Origin: an uncultured Saprospiraceae bacterium | GTDB taxonomy: Bacteria; Bacteroidota; Bacteroidia; Chitinophagales; Saprospiraceae | Reading direction: 5' to 3' | Assembly: GCA_938007965.1 (NCBI GenBank) | Contig: CALLMH010000037.1 | Location: 4,999-68,998, forward strand | DNA: 64,000 bases | Shown: piece by piece, positions 56,393 to 64,000 of the stretch | Position numbering within the stretch: position 1 is the stretch's first letter | Layout: every line of letters begins with the position of its first letter | Made by a program: the position numbers and the translations under genes | Notes under the pieces: model-generated | What the model was told of the DNA's origin: nothing | Databases searched by the model: none | What the model saw: only the letters and a program-made list of their open reading frames with translations

Positions 56393-58513
56393 CTACATAC
56401 CTTTCATAGTTAGGTTTATTCTTCCTCGTTGGATATCAACATCTAGGACTTTTACAGTCACTTGTTGATTAAGGGACAATACATCCGCTGGATTACTGAT
56501 AAACTTATCCGCGATCTGAGAGATGTGTACTAGTCCACCTTGTTTGACACCGATATCGACGAATGCACCGAAGTTCGTGATGTTATTCACGATCCCAGGA
56601 AGGATCATACCTATCCTGATATCATCAATGGTACGTACTCTACCGTCAAATGAGAAACTAGTGACCGCTCCTCTAGGATCGAGGCCTGGTTTTTCTATTT
56701 CTTTGATGATGTCCCGAAGTGTAGGAAGTCCAAAATCGCGGGTGATGTAGTTATTTAGGTTTAGTGTCTTCAGCATCTGTGGGTTTTCGATCAATTGCTC
56801 GATTGTGCAATTACAGTCTTTAGCCATTTTATTTACGAAAGGGTAGGCTTCTGGATGAACGCCTGTATTCTCTAGAGGATTCTTAGCGTCTCTTACACGA
56901 AGGAATCCGGCAGCTTGTTCGAATGCCTTTGCTCCGACTCTTGGTACTTTTTTCAATTGTGCTCGTGATGTAAAGTTCCCGTTTTCTTTTCTGTACTGGA
57001 TGATATTTTCGGCGGTAACTGGGCCGAGTCCTGATACATAAGTAAGTAGATGCTTGCTGGCAGTATTGATATTGATCCCTATGGAATTGACACAGCTTAT
57101 CACAGTCTGATCCAGAGATTCTTTTAGCAGGGTTTGATTTACATCATGCTGATATTGGCCTACACCGATAGATTTAGCATCTATTTTTACCAGTTCTGCT
57201 AGAGGATCCATCAATCTACGGCCTATAGATACTGAGCCTCTTACAGTCACATCCTTATCTGGAAACTCCTCCCTTGCTATCTCAGATGCAGAATATATGG
57301 ATGCGCCATCCTCATTGACCATATATGAATCTATTCCAAGATTTAGTGATTTGATAAATGATTCAGATTCTCGTCCAGCGGTGCCGTTTCCTATGGCTAT
57401 AGCTTTGATTTTATGTTTTGTACAGAGGTCTGTAATGATTTTTCCAGCTTTCTCCATTTCATTTTGAGGGGGATGTGGATATATATTAGTACTGTACTTT
57501 AAGTTGCCGTTTTTATCTAAGATGACAACTTTACAGCCAGATCGAAATCCAGGATCTAATGCTAATGTAGCCTTTTGGCCCAGCGGTGCTGATAGTAGCA
57601 ATTGGCGTAAGTTCTTGGTAAAAACCTCTATCGCGACTTTATCAGCGGCTTCCTTATACTCATTGGTTACTTGGTTTTCTATACTTGGTAGTATCAATCG
57701 TTTATAACCATCTTTTATCGCCTCTCGGAGCAGATCGGCACAGGAAGCATTGAAGGAAACATATTTACGTTCTATATTATTAATCATTCTATCATGGTCC
57801 ATATTGAGCCCTACTCTTAAGTAGCCTTCGCTTTGGCCGCGCATGAGTGCTAGAAAACGATGAGATGGACATTTGGTAAGTGATTCTTCAAATTCGAAGT
57901 AGTCTCTGTATTTAAAAGCTTCTTCTTTTTTCTTTTTTACCACTTTACTCGCAATCGTTCCATGTTTTCGAAGCGTTAATCTAGCTTTATCTCTAATTTT
58001 TTCGTCTTCACTTATCCATTCGGCTATGATGTGTTGCGCTCCTTCTATTGCCTTGTTTACGGTTTTTACATTGTTATTTAAATAATTTTTAGCTTCGACG
58101 TTTATATTCGTTATTCTTTGTTTTTTTATTGCCTCAGCAAGTGGTTCTAATCCGTAAGATCTAGCTACACCAGCTTTCGTTTTTTTCTTTCGTTTGTATG
58201 GTAGGTAGAGATCTTCTAGTTCGATAGGATTGTATATATTCGCTATTCTTTGGCGCAGTTTGTCTGTAAGTGCTCCTTGTTCTTCTATAGCCGCAAGGAC
58301 TGTTTCTTTCCTTGTCGCTAAGTCGATCTGTTTTTTGTATTCCTTTTGGATGTTAGCTATTTGTACTTCGTCAAGAGAGCCTGTTCTTTCTTTTCTATAT
58401 CTAGAGATAAACGGTACGGTGGCACCTTCCTTGAGCATCGACACAGTATTCCTTATTGATGACTCCGATATTCCTAATATATTTGAAATGATTGAAATTT
58501 GCTTAGGAGACAT
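56393..58513 (-). CDS. tex: Tex family RNA-binding transcriptional accessory protein
   Basis: 706-aa ORF with N-terminal GATVPFISRYRKE and a YqgF/RuvC-like centre. It also has HhH motifs and a C-terminal S1 domain (GIVNNITNFGAFVDIGVKQGGLVHISQI). Confidence 0.9.
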   Translation of the reverse strand: MSPKQISIISNILGISESSIRNTVSMLKEGATVPFISRYRKERTGSLDEVQIANIQKEYKKQIDLATRKETVLAAIEEQGALTDKLRQRIANIYNPIELEDLYLPYKRKKKTKAGVARSYGLEPLAEAIKKQRITNINVEAKNYLNNNVKTVNKAIEGAQHIIAEWISEDEKIRDKARLTLRKHGTIASKVVKKKKEEAFKYRDYFEFEESLTKCPSHRFLALMRGQSEGYLRVGLNMDHDRMINNIERKYVSFNASCADLLREAIKDGYKRLILPSIENQVTNEYKEAADKVAIEVFTKNLRQLLLSAPLGQKATLALDPGFRSGCKVVILDKNGNLKYSTNIYPHPPQNEMEKAGKIITDLCTKHKIKAIAIGNGTAGRESESFIKSLNLGIDSYMVNEDGASIYSASEIAREEFPDKDVTVRGSVSIGRRLMDPLAELVKIDAKSIGVGQYQHDVNQTLLKESLDQTVISCVNSIGININTASKHLLTYVSGLGPVTAENIIQYRKENGNFTSRAQLKKVPRVGAKAFEQAAGFLRVRDAKNPLENTGVHPEAYPFVNKMAKDCNCTIEQLIENPQMLKTLNLNNYITRDFGLPTLRDIIKEIEKPGLDPRGAVTSFSFDGRVRTIDDIRIGMILPGIVNNITNFGAFVDIGVKQGGLVHISQIADKFISNPADVLSLNQQVTVKVLDVDIQRGRINLTMKGM

Positions 58514-58729
58514 ACGTATTCTTATGTGATTAACTAATTACTGCCAAAAATAATAATTACAAACATACAGTATCAAGTTCAAATCCATGTCATGAGCATC
58601 CTTATTCTTTGTTTCTAATAAGAAGGAGATTTTTAGATGCATGTTGAGTGGAGTTGATGAGTTGATGGCTTTTATCACTTAGATAGTTATCATTTTATAA
58701 ATCTGCCTTCGCTACCGTTCAGAAATGAA

Positions 58730-58772
58730 AAAAGGTCTAAACAAACAAGCAAGCTTGATATTTAGACCTTTT
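58730..58772 (-). terminator. Intrinsic terminator hairpin, distal duplicated copy
   Basis: AAAAGGTCTAAA (58730-58741) pairs with TTTAGACCTTTT (58761-58772), a 12-bp stem. On the - strand a TTTTTT run follows the stem. Confidence 0.55.
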
Positions 58773-58890
58773 CTTTCATTTAATGCATCTTTATGATGCT
58801 CTGCGGAGGAGGAGGGATTAACGAAAGTTGATCCCTGAAACCACGAAGGTCGACATCATAAATCTGCCTTCGCTACCGCTCAGAAATGAA

Positions 58891-58934
58891 AAAAGGTCTA
58901 AACAAACAAGCAAGCTTGATATTTAGACCTTTTC
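58891..58934 (-). terminator. Intrinsic terminator of tRNA-Ser, proximal copy
   Basis: This is the same 12-bp stem (58891-58902 / 58923-58934), about 30 nt downstream of the tRNA 3' end. On the - strand the stem is followed by TTTTTTCATTT. Confidence 0.6.
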
Positions 58935-58964
58935 TTTCATTTAATGCATCTTTATGATGCTCTG

Positions 58965-59052
58965 CGGAGGAGGAGGGATTCGAACCCCCGGTGCCCGTAA
59001 AGGCACGCTAGTTTTCAAGACTAGTGCATTAAACCAGCTCTGCCACTCCTCC
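58965..59052 (-). tRNA. tRNA-Ser (anticodon UGA)
   Basis: The reverse complement folds by hand into a class II cloverleaf. The acceptor is GGAGGAG/CTCCTCC and the anticodon stem is CTAGT/ACTAG, with loop CT-TGA-AA. There is a long variable arm (GTGCC-TTTAC-GGCAC), a T-arm (GGGGG-TTCGAAT-CCCTC) and discriminator G. CCA is not encoded. Confidence 0.9.
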
Positions 59053-59090
59053 GAATTAAAATTATTGCTTTCCTCGTTAGTAAAGCGATG

Positions 59091-59098
59091 CAAAAGTA
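59091..59098 (-). promoter_or_regulatory. Candidate -7 box (TAnnTTTG) for tRNA-Ser
   Basis: The minus strand reads TACTTTTG, ending 38 nt upstream of the mature tRNA 5' end. No convincing -33 element was seen. Confidence 0.25.
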
Positions 59099-59552
59099 CA
59101 TTTACTTTTCACATCTAGAAACTTTTGAAAAGTTTTTTTTGATTTTTTTTACCTGAAGGTGTTTTTCTGTTACCTCTGTATGTTAGAGCGTAATAGGTGA
59201 GGGATTTTTATTGAGATTGAGTTATCGGGTAAAGACTTTTTGGTTTCTTTATTCAGGATTCTTTAATTCTGAATAAGATCATATTTATTACAATAAATAA
59301 GGTACTTCAGAAGTAAGGAGAGCAATGCAATTGTGTGATGCTATGGCGTTTGAAGCTAGGTAAAACCTTGACTTCTTTGTTTCGTTCCTATGTAAAGACA
59401 GAAATTAAAACCTAACGGAAAGGGAAATGTTAGACTCTAAACTATTACATAATTTTCAGAAATTAATCATTATGAAATGGGATGAATTTTTCAGAAGTAA
59501 ACTGTCATGGTCTAGTGAATAAAACGATATTCTGTATTTCTGAATATGCCCA

Positions 59553-59597
59553 AATAGAAAAGCCCAACAGTAGTTACTGTCAGGCTCTATTTTTTTC
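59553..59597. terminator. Terminator hairpin downstream of the RRM-protein gene (bidirectional in form)
   Basis: AGCCCAACAGTA..TACTGTCAGGCT is an imperfect stem (59561-59586). TATTTTTTT flanks it on the + strand, and the - strand reads TTTTCTATTT. It lies about 45 nt below the stop of the RRM gene. Confidence 0.5.
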
Positions 59598-59632
59598 TGA
59601 TATTAAAAATAATATCCTATTGCTTTCCTAGA

Positions 59633-59875
59633 TTATCTAGGCTTTGACTCCTTAACGACGATTGTTTGACCATCAAATTCATAATCATTTAGTTCTTCGA
59701 TGGCTACTCTAGCTTCATCATCATTGTCCATTTCTACGAAACCATATCCTTTTGATCGGCCAGTCTCACGGTCCATGATGATTTTACAATTTGATACGTT
59801 ACCGTAATTTGCAAATAAGTCATTTAATTGGTCTACAGACGTTCTGTAGTTCAGTTTTGCAACAAAAATATTCAT
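59633..59875 (-). CDS. RRM-type RNA-binding protein
   Basis: 80-aa ORF with RNP-2 (NIFVAKL) and RNP-1 (KGYGFVEM) motifs. Confidence 0.85.
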   Translation of the reverse strand: MNIFVAKLNYRTSVDQLNDLFANYGNVSNCKIIMDRETGRSKGYGFVEMDNDDEARVAIEELNDYEFDGQTIVVKESKPR

Positions 59876-59893
59876 AATAAAAATTAAATAAGC

Positions 59894-59931
59894 GTATTGA
59901 TTCTTAATGCATGTGCCCCTTGAATCAATAC
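59894..59931 (-). promoter_or_regulatory. 10-bp perfect stem-loop in the 5' leader of the RRM-protein gene
   Basis: GTATTGATTC (59894-59903) pairs with GAATCAATAC (59922-59931) around an 18-nt loop. The structure lies 19-56 nt upstream of the start codon. Confidence 0.4.
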
Positions 59932-60186
59932 AAAATTAAAAGTGGGGTCGAGAATGATAATAGGGAATTAAGCTATCGTAGATGAACTATTAAATGCAAA
60001 AAACCAAATATGATACACCGACTATCGACTTTCTAACATATATAGCTTTGAATAAGTTTACTTTTCTCAATAAAAAATAAAAAATATTTTAACTGTAATA
60101 ATCTGATTAGTAATCATTTAATCAAGTGTAGCTGATGTTTTATTTTTGATTATACCTATTTGTATACTTTAATTATGAATGTGTAA

Positions 60187-61458
60187 TCAACTGAATATCA
60201 ATATGTATTTATTCTTTTTTCCATTCTCGACCATAATGTATTTTTCTTTGATTAGGTTGTCGGTTGTAACTATCATTTCATCAGAAGAAACTTTAATTTT
60301 ATTGATAGAGATGGCGTTGTTTTTAATTGCTCGTTTTGATTCTCCCTTTGATGATAGAATGTCGGTCTTATCACACAGGATGTCTACTATGTTTATTCCC
60401 GCATCTAGATCAGGTTTATTTAATTGGAAACTAGTTACTTCTGCACTGATCGTCTCTAAAGCTTCTTTTGATAGTCCTTTTAGATATTCGTTTGATGCTT
60501 TTTTGTTAAATAGTATTTCAGATACTTGCAATACCGATTCATAGGCATCATTAGAGTGTATTCTTTTGGTCAGTTCTTCGGCCAGAAGTTTCTTGAGCAT
60601 TCTAGGATCCTCTGCAAATTCAGCTTCTCTAGCTTCTATTTCCTCTTTTGTATGTAGCGTGAAATATCTCGTAAATTTTGGAATATCAGCATCATCCGCA
60701 TTGATCCAAAACTGATAGAATTTGTATGGAGAAGTCATTTCAGGATCCATCCAAATATTTCCTTCTTCTGATTTACCGAATTTTTTACCATCTGATTTGG
60801 TGAGAAGTGGAGTAGTGGCTGCATATGCTTTACCTTCCGTATTTCTTCTTATGAATTCTGTTCCTGATGTGATATTTCCCCACTGATCTGATCCTCCCAT
60901 CTGCATCGTACATCCATATTGTTCGTAGAGACACTGGAAATCATACGCCTGTAGTAACTGATAACTGAATTCTGTAAACGAAAGACCAGATTCTAGTCTG
61001 TTTTTTACACTGTCCTTTGACATCATGTAGTTGACAGTTAGTGTCTTACCTACATTTCTAAGGAAGTCTAAGATGTTCATTTCTTTGTAGAAGTCATGGT
61101 TGTTTACAATTTTGGCAGCATTTTCTCCATCAAAATCGAGAAACTTCTTCATCTGTTCCACTTGCTTCGCGAGATTATTATCCAATTCTTCGTAAGACTT
61201 AAGTTGTCGTTCTTTGTCTTTTCCTGACGGGTCGCCGATCCGACCAGTAGCACCACCCATGAGCACTATAGGATTATGACCTGATCGCTGGAACAAGGTC
61301 AATAGCATTATCTGTACATAATTTCCAATTGTAAGACTCTTAGCTGTAGGATCAAATCCAATATATGCGGTAATTGCTTCCTTTTTCAATGCTTCCTTTG
61401 TACCGGGTGTAGCATCGTGTAACATTCCTCTCCACTCTAATTCCTCGAAAAAATCCAT
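60187..61458 (-). CDS. tyrS: Tyrosine--tRNA ligase
   Basis: 423-aa ORF with GFDPTA, GGATGRIGDPSGK, the QAYDF motif, a KFGKS (KMSKS-type) loop and a C-terminal S4-like domain. The HIGH position reads TIGN. Confidence 0.9.
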   Translation of the reverse strand: MDFFEELEWRGMLHDATPGTKEALKKEAITAYIGFDPTAKSLTIGNYVQIMLLTLFQRSGHNPIVLMGGATGRIGDPSGKDKERQLKSYEELDNNLAKQVEQMKKFLDFDGENAAKIVNNHDFYKEMNILDFLRNVGKTLTVNYMMSKDSVKNRLESGLSFTEFSYQLLQAYDFQCLYEQYGCTMQMGGSDQWGNITSGTEFIRRNTEGKAYAATTPLLTKSDGKKFGKSEEGNIWMDPEMTSPYKFYQFWINADDADIPKFTRYFTLHTKEEIEAREAEFAEDPRMLKKLLAEELTKRIHSNDAYESVLQVSEILFNKKASNEYLKGLSKEALETISAEVTSFQLNKPDLDAGINIVDILCDKTDILSSKGESKRAIKNNAISINKIKVSSDEMIVTTDNLIKEKYIMVENGKKNKYILIFS

Positions 61459-61626
61459 ATGTAAATTATTTAGGCTGCAAAACTAGAAATTTTATCAATA
61501 CAGTTTAGGCATTAAAACTATAAATGACAATTGTGGATAGAAAAAGAAGGGCAAGTTGATATCTATTTATCTATAGAAGTAATAATGGAGTAATTTGAAA
61601 ACTCACTTATCAATATCTCATTTTAC

Positions 61627-62322
61627 TTACTCGCATAATTCTTTTACTACACGCGGGACACCTTCCGTTGCCGTAGCCTCGATGACAGTTAAGTTTTTGG
61701 CGATACTTAATTCATGTGAGATTGTAGGTTTCGGGTCTATGTATATTATAGATGCATATGGAAGCGCATAGGACACCAACCCTGCGGCGGGGTATACTTG
61801 CATGGAAGTACCTATGATTATGACTATATCGGCATCGACTATTTCTTGAGCTGCGGCATCTAGCATCGGGACCATCTCGCCAAACCACACTATATGAGGT
61901 CGAAGTTGATGTCCATCTGATGCTAGATCACCCCTTTTTATGTTCCCATCTGTTTCAGTTATTAGTGTATCGTCTTGGACTGACCTAACTTTTTTCAATT
62001 CTCCATGAAGATGGATCACCTTCGTGCTTCCTGCTCGCTCATGAAGATCATCGACATTCTGAGTGATTATGACTACCTCATGATGTTTCTCTAAGTCTAC
62101 TAATGCCTTGTGTCCAGCATTGAATGTTACTTCTTTGAGTTGCTGCCTTCTAAGGTTATAAAACTCTAGCACAAGATCCATATCATTAGCCCATCCTTGT
62201 GGAGAGGCTACTTCCATGACATCATGTCCTTCCCATAATCCTCCGGAATCTCGGAATGTATTAATTCCGCTTTCGGCACTGATTCCAGCTCCTGTTAGAA
62301 CGGCTATTTTTTTACGCACCAT
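61627..62322 (-). CDS. cobB: Sir2-family NAD-dependent protein deacylase
   Basis: 231-aa ORF with GAGISAESGI..FR, QNVDDLHERAG, catalytic HLHG and the GTSMQVYPAA motif. Confidence 0.85.
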   Translation of the reverse strand: MVRKKIAVLTGAGISAESGINTFRDSGGLWEGHDVMEVASPQGWANDMDLVLEFYNLRRQQLKEVTFNAGHKALVDLEKHHEVVIITQNVDDLHERAGSTKVIHLHGELKKVRSVQDDTLITETDGNIKRGDLASDGHQLRPHIVWFGEMVPMLDAAAQEIVDADIVIIIGTSMQVYPAAGLVSYALPYASIIYIDPKPTISHELSIAKNLTVIEATATEGVPRVVKELCE

Positions 62323-62360
62323 TGATTATTGTTTTGATTTATTAATGATGATTATAACGA

Positions 62361-63125
62361 TTATGATTGATCAAATATTGAATCCGGATATTCTATTTTA
62401 CTAAGGTATAATCCTTGGGGATGACCTTGTTTGTGGAAGGGGAATTCAAATGATTGCTTTGATTTTAGTTGTTTTTTAAATTCTGTGGTTCGGAGTTTTC
62501 CAGTCCCGATATCTAGTAATCTAGCTATCATATATCTAATCATCCCGCGTAAGAATCGATTAGCCGTGACTGTCAACTTGTAACATTCATTTCCGAGGAT
62601 CTTTTCTATTTTGATCTGTTTTATGATACAATCTGTGTTTTTGTAAATATCTGGGTGTTTGCATAACGCTCTAAAATCCCTAGTTGATTGAATAATTTCT
62701 AGGCCTTCATTGATAGAAGAAAAATCGAGTGAACTGTAATTATAATATGCGCTTTTAAGATGTAAATGCGGTGTTTTGATCAGGTGGAAGTAATATTCGT
62801 ATGTTCTCCAAGTGGCATCATATTGAGCATGTGCAGTACTCTTCACAGGAATGAATCTATGAATAGCCACGTCCTCAGGGAGCATATGATTTATACGATT
62901 TATAAAATCGTAATTAGGTATGTTTTCAATATCTGTGTGTGCATAATATTCTGTTGCATGGACGCCTGCATCAGTTCTACCGCATCCATGTATGACTGTA
63001 GACACGCTAAGCATCTGAGAAAGAGCATCCTCTATTATTTGCTGGATTGTGTTATTGGTGTTGACTTGACGTTGCCATCCACTGTAGTTTGTTCCTTGGT
63101 AAGCTAGATTGAGGAAGTAGCGCAT
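62361..63125 (-). CDS. truA: tRNA pseudouridine(38-40) synthase
   Basis: 254-aa ORF with N-terminal YFLNLAYQGTNYSGWQRQ and the catalytic Asp motif GCGRTDAGVHA. Confidence 0.9.
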   Translation of the reverse strand: MRYFLNLAYQGTNYSGWQRQVNTNNTIQQIIEDALSQMLSVSTVIHGCGRTDAGVHATEYYAHTDIENIPNYDFINRINHMLPEDVAIHRFIPVKSTAHAQYDATWRTYEYYFHLIKTPHLHLKSAYYNYSSLDFSSINEGLEIIQSTRDFRALCKHPDIYKNTDCIIKQIKIEKILGNECYKLTVTANRFLRGMIRYMIARLLDIGTGKLRTTEFKKQLKSKQSFEFPFHKQGHPQGLYLSKIEYPDSIFDQS

Positions 63126-63357
63126 ATGATGATTATACTTTTCATAGGGATTATTGGTTTAGCATTTTTTTTGACAACCGTGAAAGTAATATATTTGATG
63201 AATAAAGTTTAACAGTTATCTCGATACTTAGTACTATTAATTAATGTATCTTCTTTTAACTTTAATATGATGTTTCATCACAGTTTAACAACTTCTACCT
63301 TACTTTCTAAATCATTTTAAATATCTTAGACCTTTCATATTCACTAAGATCAACTAA

Positions 63358-64000
63358 ATGCAGCAACTCACTCCCGATCAATTAAAGTCATTCCTATGGG
63401 ATGCGGCTAATATCCTACGGGGTAAGATAGATAGTTCGGATTACAAACATTATATACTCGGACTCCTCTTCTACAAGCGGTTATCTGATAACTTCAAGGA
63501 AGATTATGATAAACAAGTAAAGGAAGTAGGAGAGATCGTAGCTAAGAACCCTGATATGTATCAAGGATCTCGTTTTTTCATTCCTGATGGAAGTAGATGG
63601 GAAGATATCCGTAATACCTCAGTGAATATCGGAGAGAAAATCAACGAAGTATTCGCAGAAGTAACCCGTGCAAATACACCCAGACTAGACGGACTACTGG
63701 ACAAAATAGATTTTAACGATAGTGCTAGATTATCTAATGAAGTAGTAAACTCACTGATCAATCAATTCTCATCTCAGAACCTTGGAAGCTCTGTAGTATC
63801 TGGTGATATACTAGGGGATGCTTACGAATATATGATCGCTCAGTTTGCGGATGATGCAGGGAAGAAAGGAGGAGAGTTTTATACTCCTGTGAAGATCGTA
63901 GAGCTACTGGTGAAAGTCTTAGATCCTAAAGAAAATGAATCTATCAATGATCCAGCTGTTGGGTCTGGTGGTATCTTAGTTACAGCGGGTAGAGTGCTCA
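63358..64000 (+). CDS. hsdM: Type I restriction-modification system methyltransferase subunit, N-terminal part (continues beyond the window)
   Basis: The frame is open from ATG 63358 to the window end. The N-terminal HsdM domain is present (LWDAANILRGKIDSSDYKHYILGLLFYKRLSD). It also has GEFYTP and the SAM motif I, DPAVGSGG. This ORF is not in the supplied track because it has no stop in the window. Confidence 0.85.
   Translation, partial: MQQLTPDQLKSFLWDAANILRGKIDSSDYKHYILGLLFYKRLSDNFKEDYDKQVKEVGEIVAKNPDMYQGSRFFIPDGSRWEDIRNTSVNIGEKINEVFAEVTRANTPRLDGLLDKIDFNDSARLSNEVVNSLINQFSSQNLGSSVVSGDILGDAYEYMIAQFADDAGKKGGEFYTPVKIVELLVKVLDPKENESINDPAVGSGGILVTAGRVL

Larger units (their letters stand above)
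58697..58980. repeat. Direct repeat of 123 bp (58697-58819 and 58858-58980, 1 mismatch), period 161 bp, including the last 16 nt of tRNA-Ser
   Basis: I aligned the two copies by eye. They differ only at ctaccgTtc versus ctaccgCtc. Each copy ends in tgcggaggaggagggatt, the complement of the tRNA-Ser 3' acceptor/T-arm. Copy 2 runs into the intact tRNA. Confidence 0.9.

Noticed and set aside
58577-58586. A GTTCAAATCC string resembling a tRNA T-loop in the tex upstream region.
   Set aside because: The flanking bases cannot form a T-stem or acceptor stem, and no cloverleaf could be drawn.
58697-58980. The repeat beside tRNA-Ser considered as a CRISPR array or minisatellite.
   Set aside because: There are only two copies, each 123 bp long, and they contain a tRNA fragment and a terminator. 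There is no spacer-repeat periodicity and there are no cas genes.
58514-59052. An intact integrated mobile element at tRNA-Ser.
   Set aside because: Only 38 bp separate the duplicated tRNA 3' ends. No integrase, excisionase or cargo gene is nearby, and the flank beyond the tRNA is duplicated too. At most this is a scar or a local duplication.
60179-60544. A 121-aa + strand ORF overlapping the 3' end of tyrS, and similar antisense ORFs in tex, recQ, GH65, MFS and pgmB (for example 58230..58529, 9391..9639, 49250..49552, 46506..46931, 51022..51264).
   Set aside because: Each lies antisense within a strongly supported conserved gene and has no motifs.
61627-62322. The SIR2-domain gene close to a type I R-M gene considered as a defence effector (Thoeris/DSR-like).
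   Set aside because: It is a short (231 aa) canonical CobB-type deacylase with all catalytic motifs. It has no extra sensor or partner domain, and it sits among the housekeeping genes tyrS and truA on the opposite strand from hsdM.

Overview
The window is an AT-rich chromosomal segment. Gene content points to Bacteroidota, probably a marine or aquatic Flavobacteriia or Cytophagia relative. That taxonomic call rests on the parB-DUF5683 pairing, T9SS C-terminal sorting domains, DUF6089 and DUF6580, candidate TAnnTTTG promoter boxes and the absence of Shine-Dalgarno sequences.

I support about 50 CDS and one tRNA-Ser(UGA). I saw no rRNA, CRISPR array, transposase or integrase.

Most genes are housekeeping or envelope functions:
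- RecQ-family helicase, prmC, pepP, tex, tyrS, cobB, truA, an M32 carboxypeptidase and HMG-CoA lyase.
- A maltose/maltodextrin operon: pgmB, GH65 phosphorylase, GH13 amylase and an SLC45-type MFS transporter.

The accessory-looking content is:
1. A 9.5-kb gene for a roughly 3170-aa T9SS type-B cargo protein. It carries 12 tandem copies of an approximately 82-aa four-cysteine module, further Cys-framed acidic modules, and an approximately 269-aa super-duplication.
2. Two tandem paralogous T9SS type-A cargo proteins of the choice-of-anchor-B / LVIVD beta-propeller type.
3. A near-perfect 123-bp direct repeat (period 161 bp) beside tRNA-Ser. It duplicates the tRNA 3' end together with its terminator.
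4. A translationally coupled GT4-sulfotransferase pair.
5. A kdsC-linked 766-aa polytopic membrane protein.
6. The 5' part of a type I R-M methylase (hsdM) at the right edge.

I did not find a convincing complete multi-gene novel system, such as a defence system, fully inside the window. The giant repeat protein and the tRNA-Ser duplication are the most unusual items. All function calls come from motif recognition by eye, with no database searches. Percent identities quoted are rough visual estimates.
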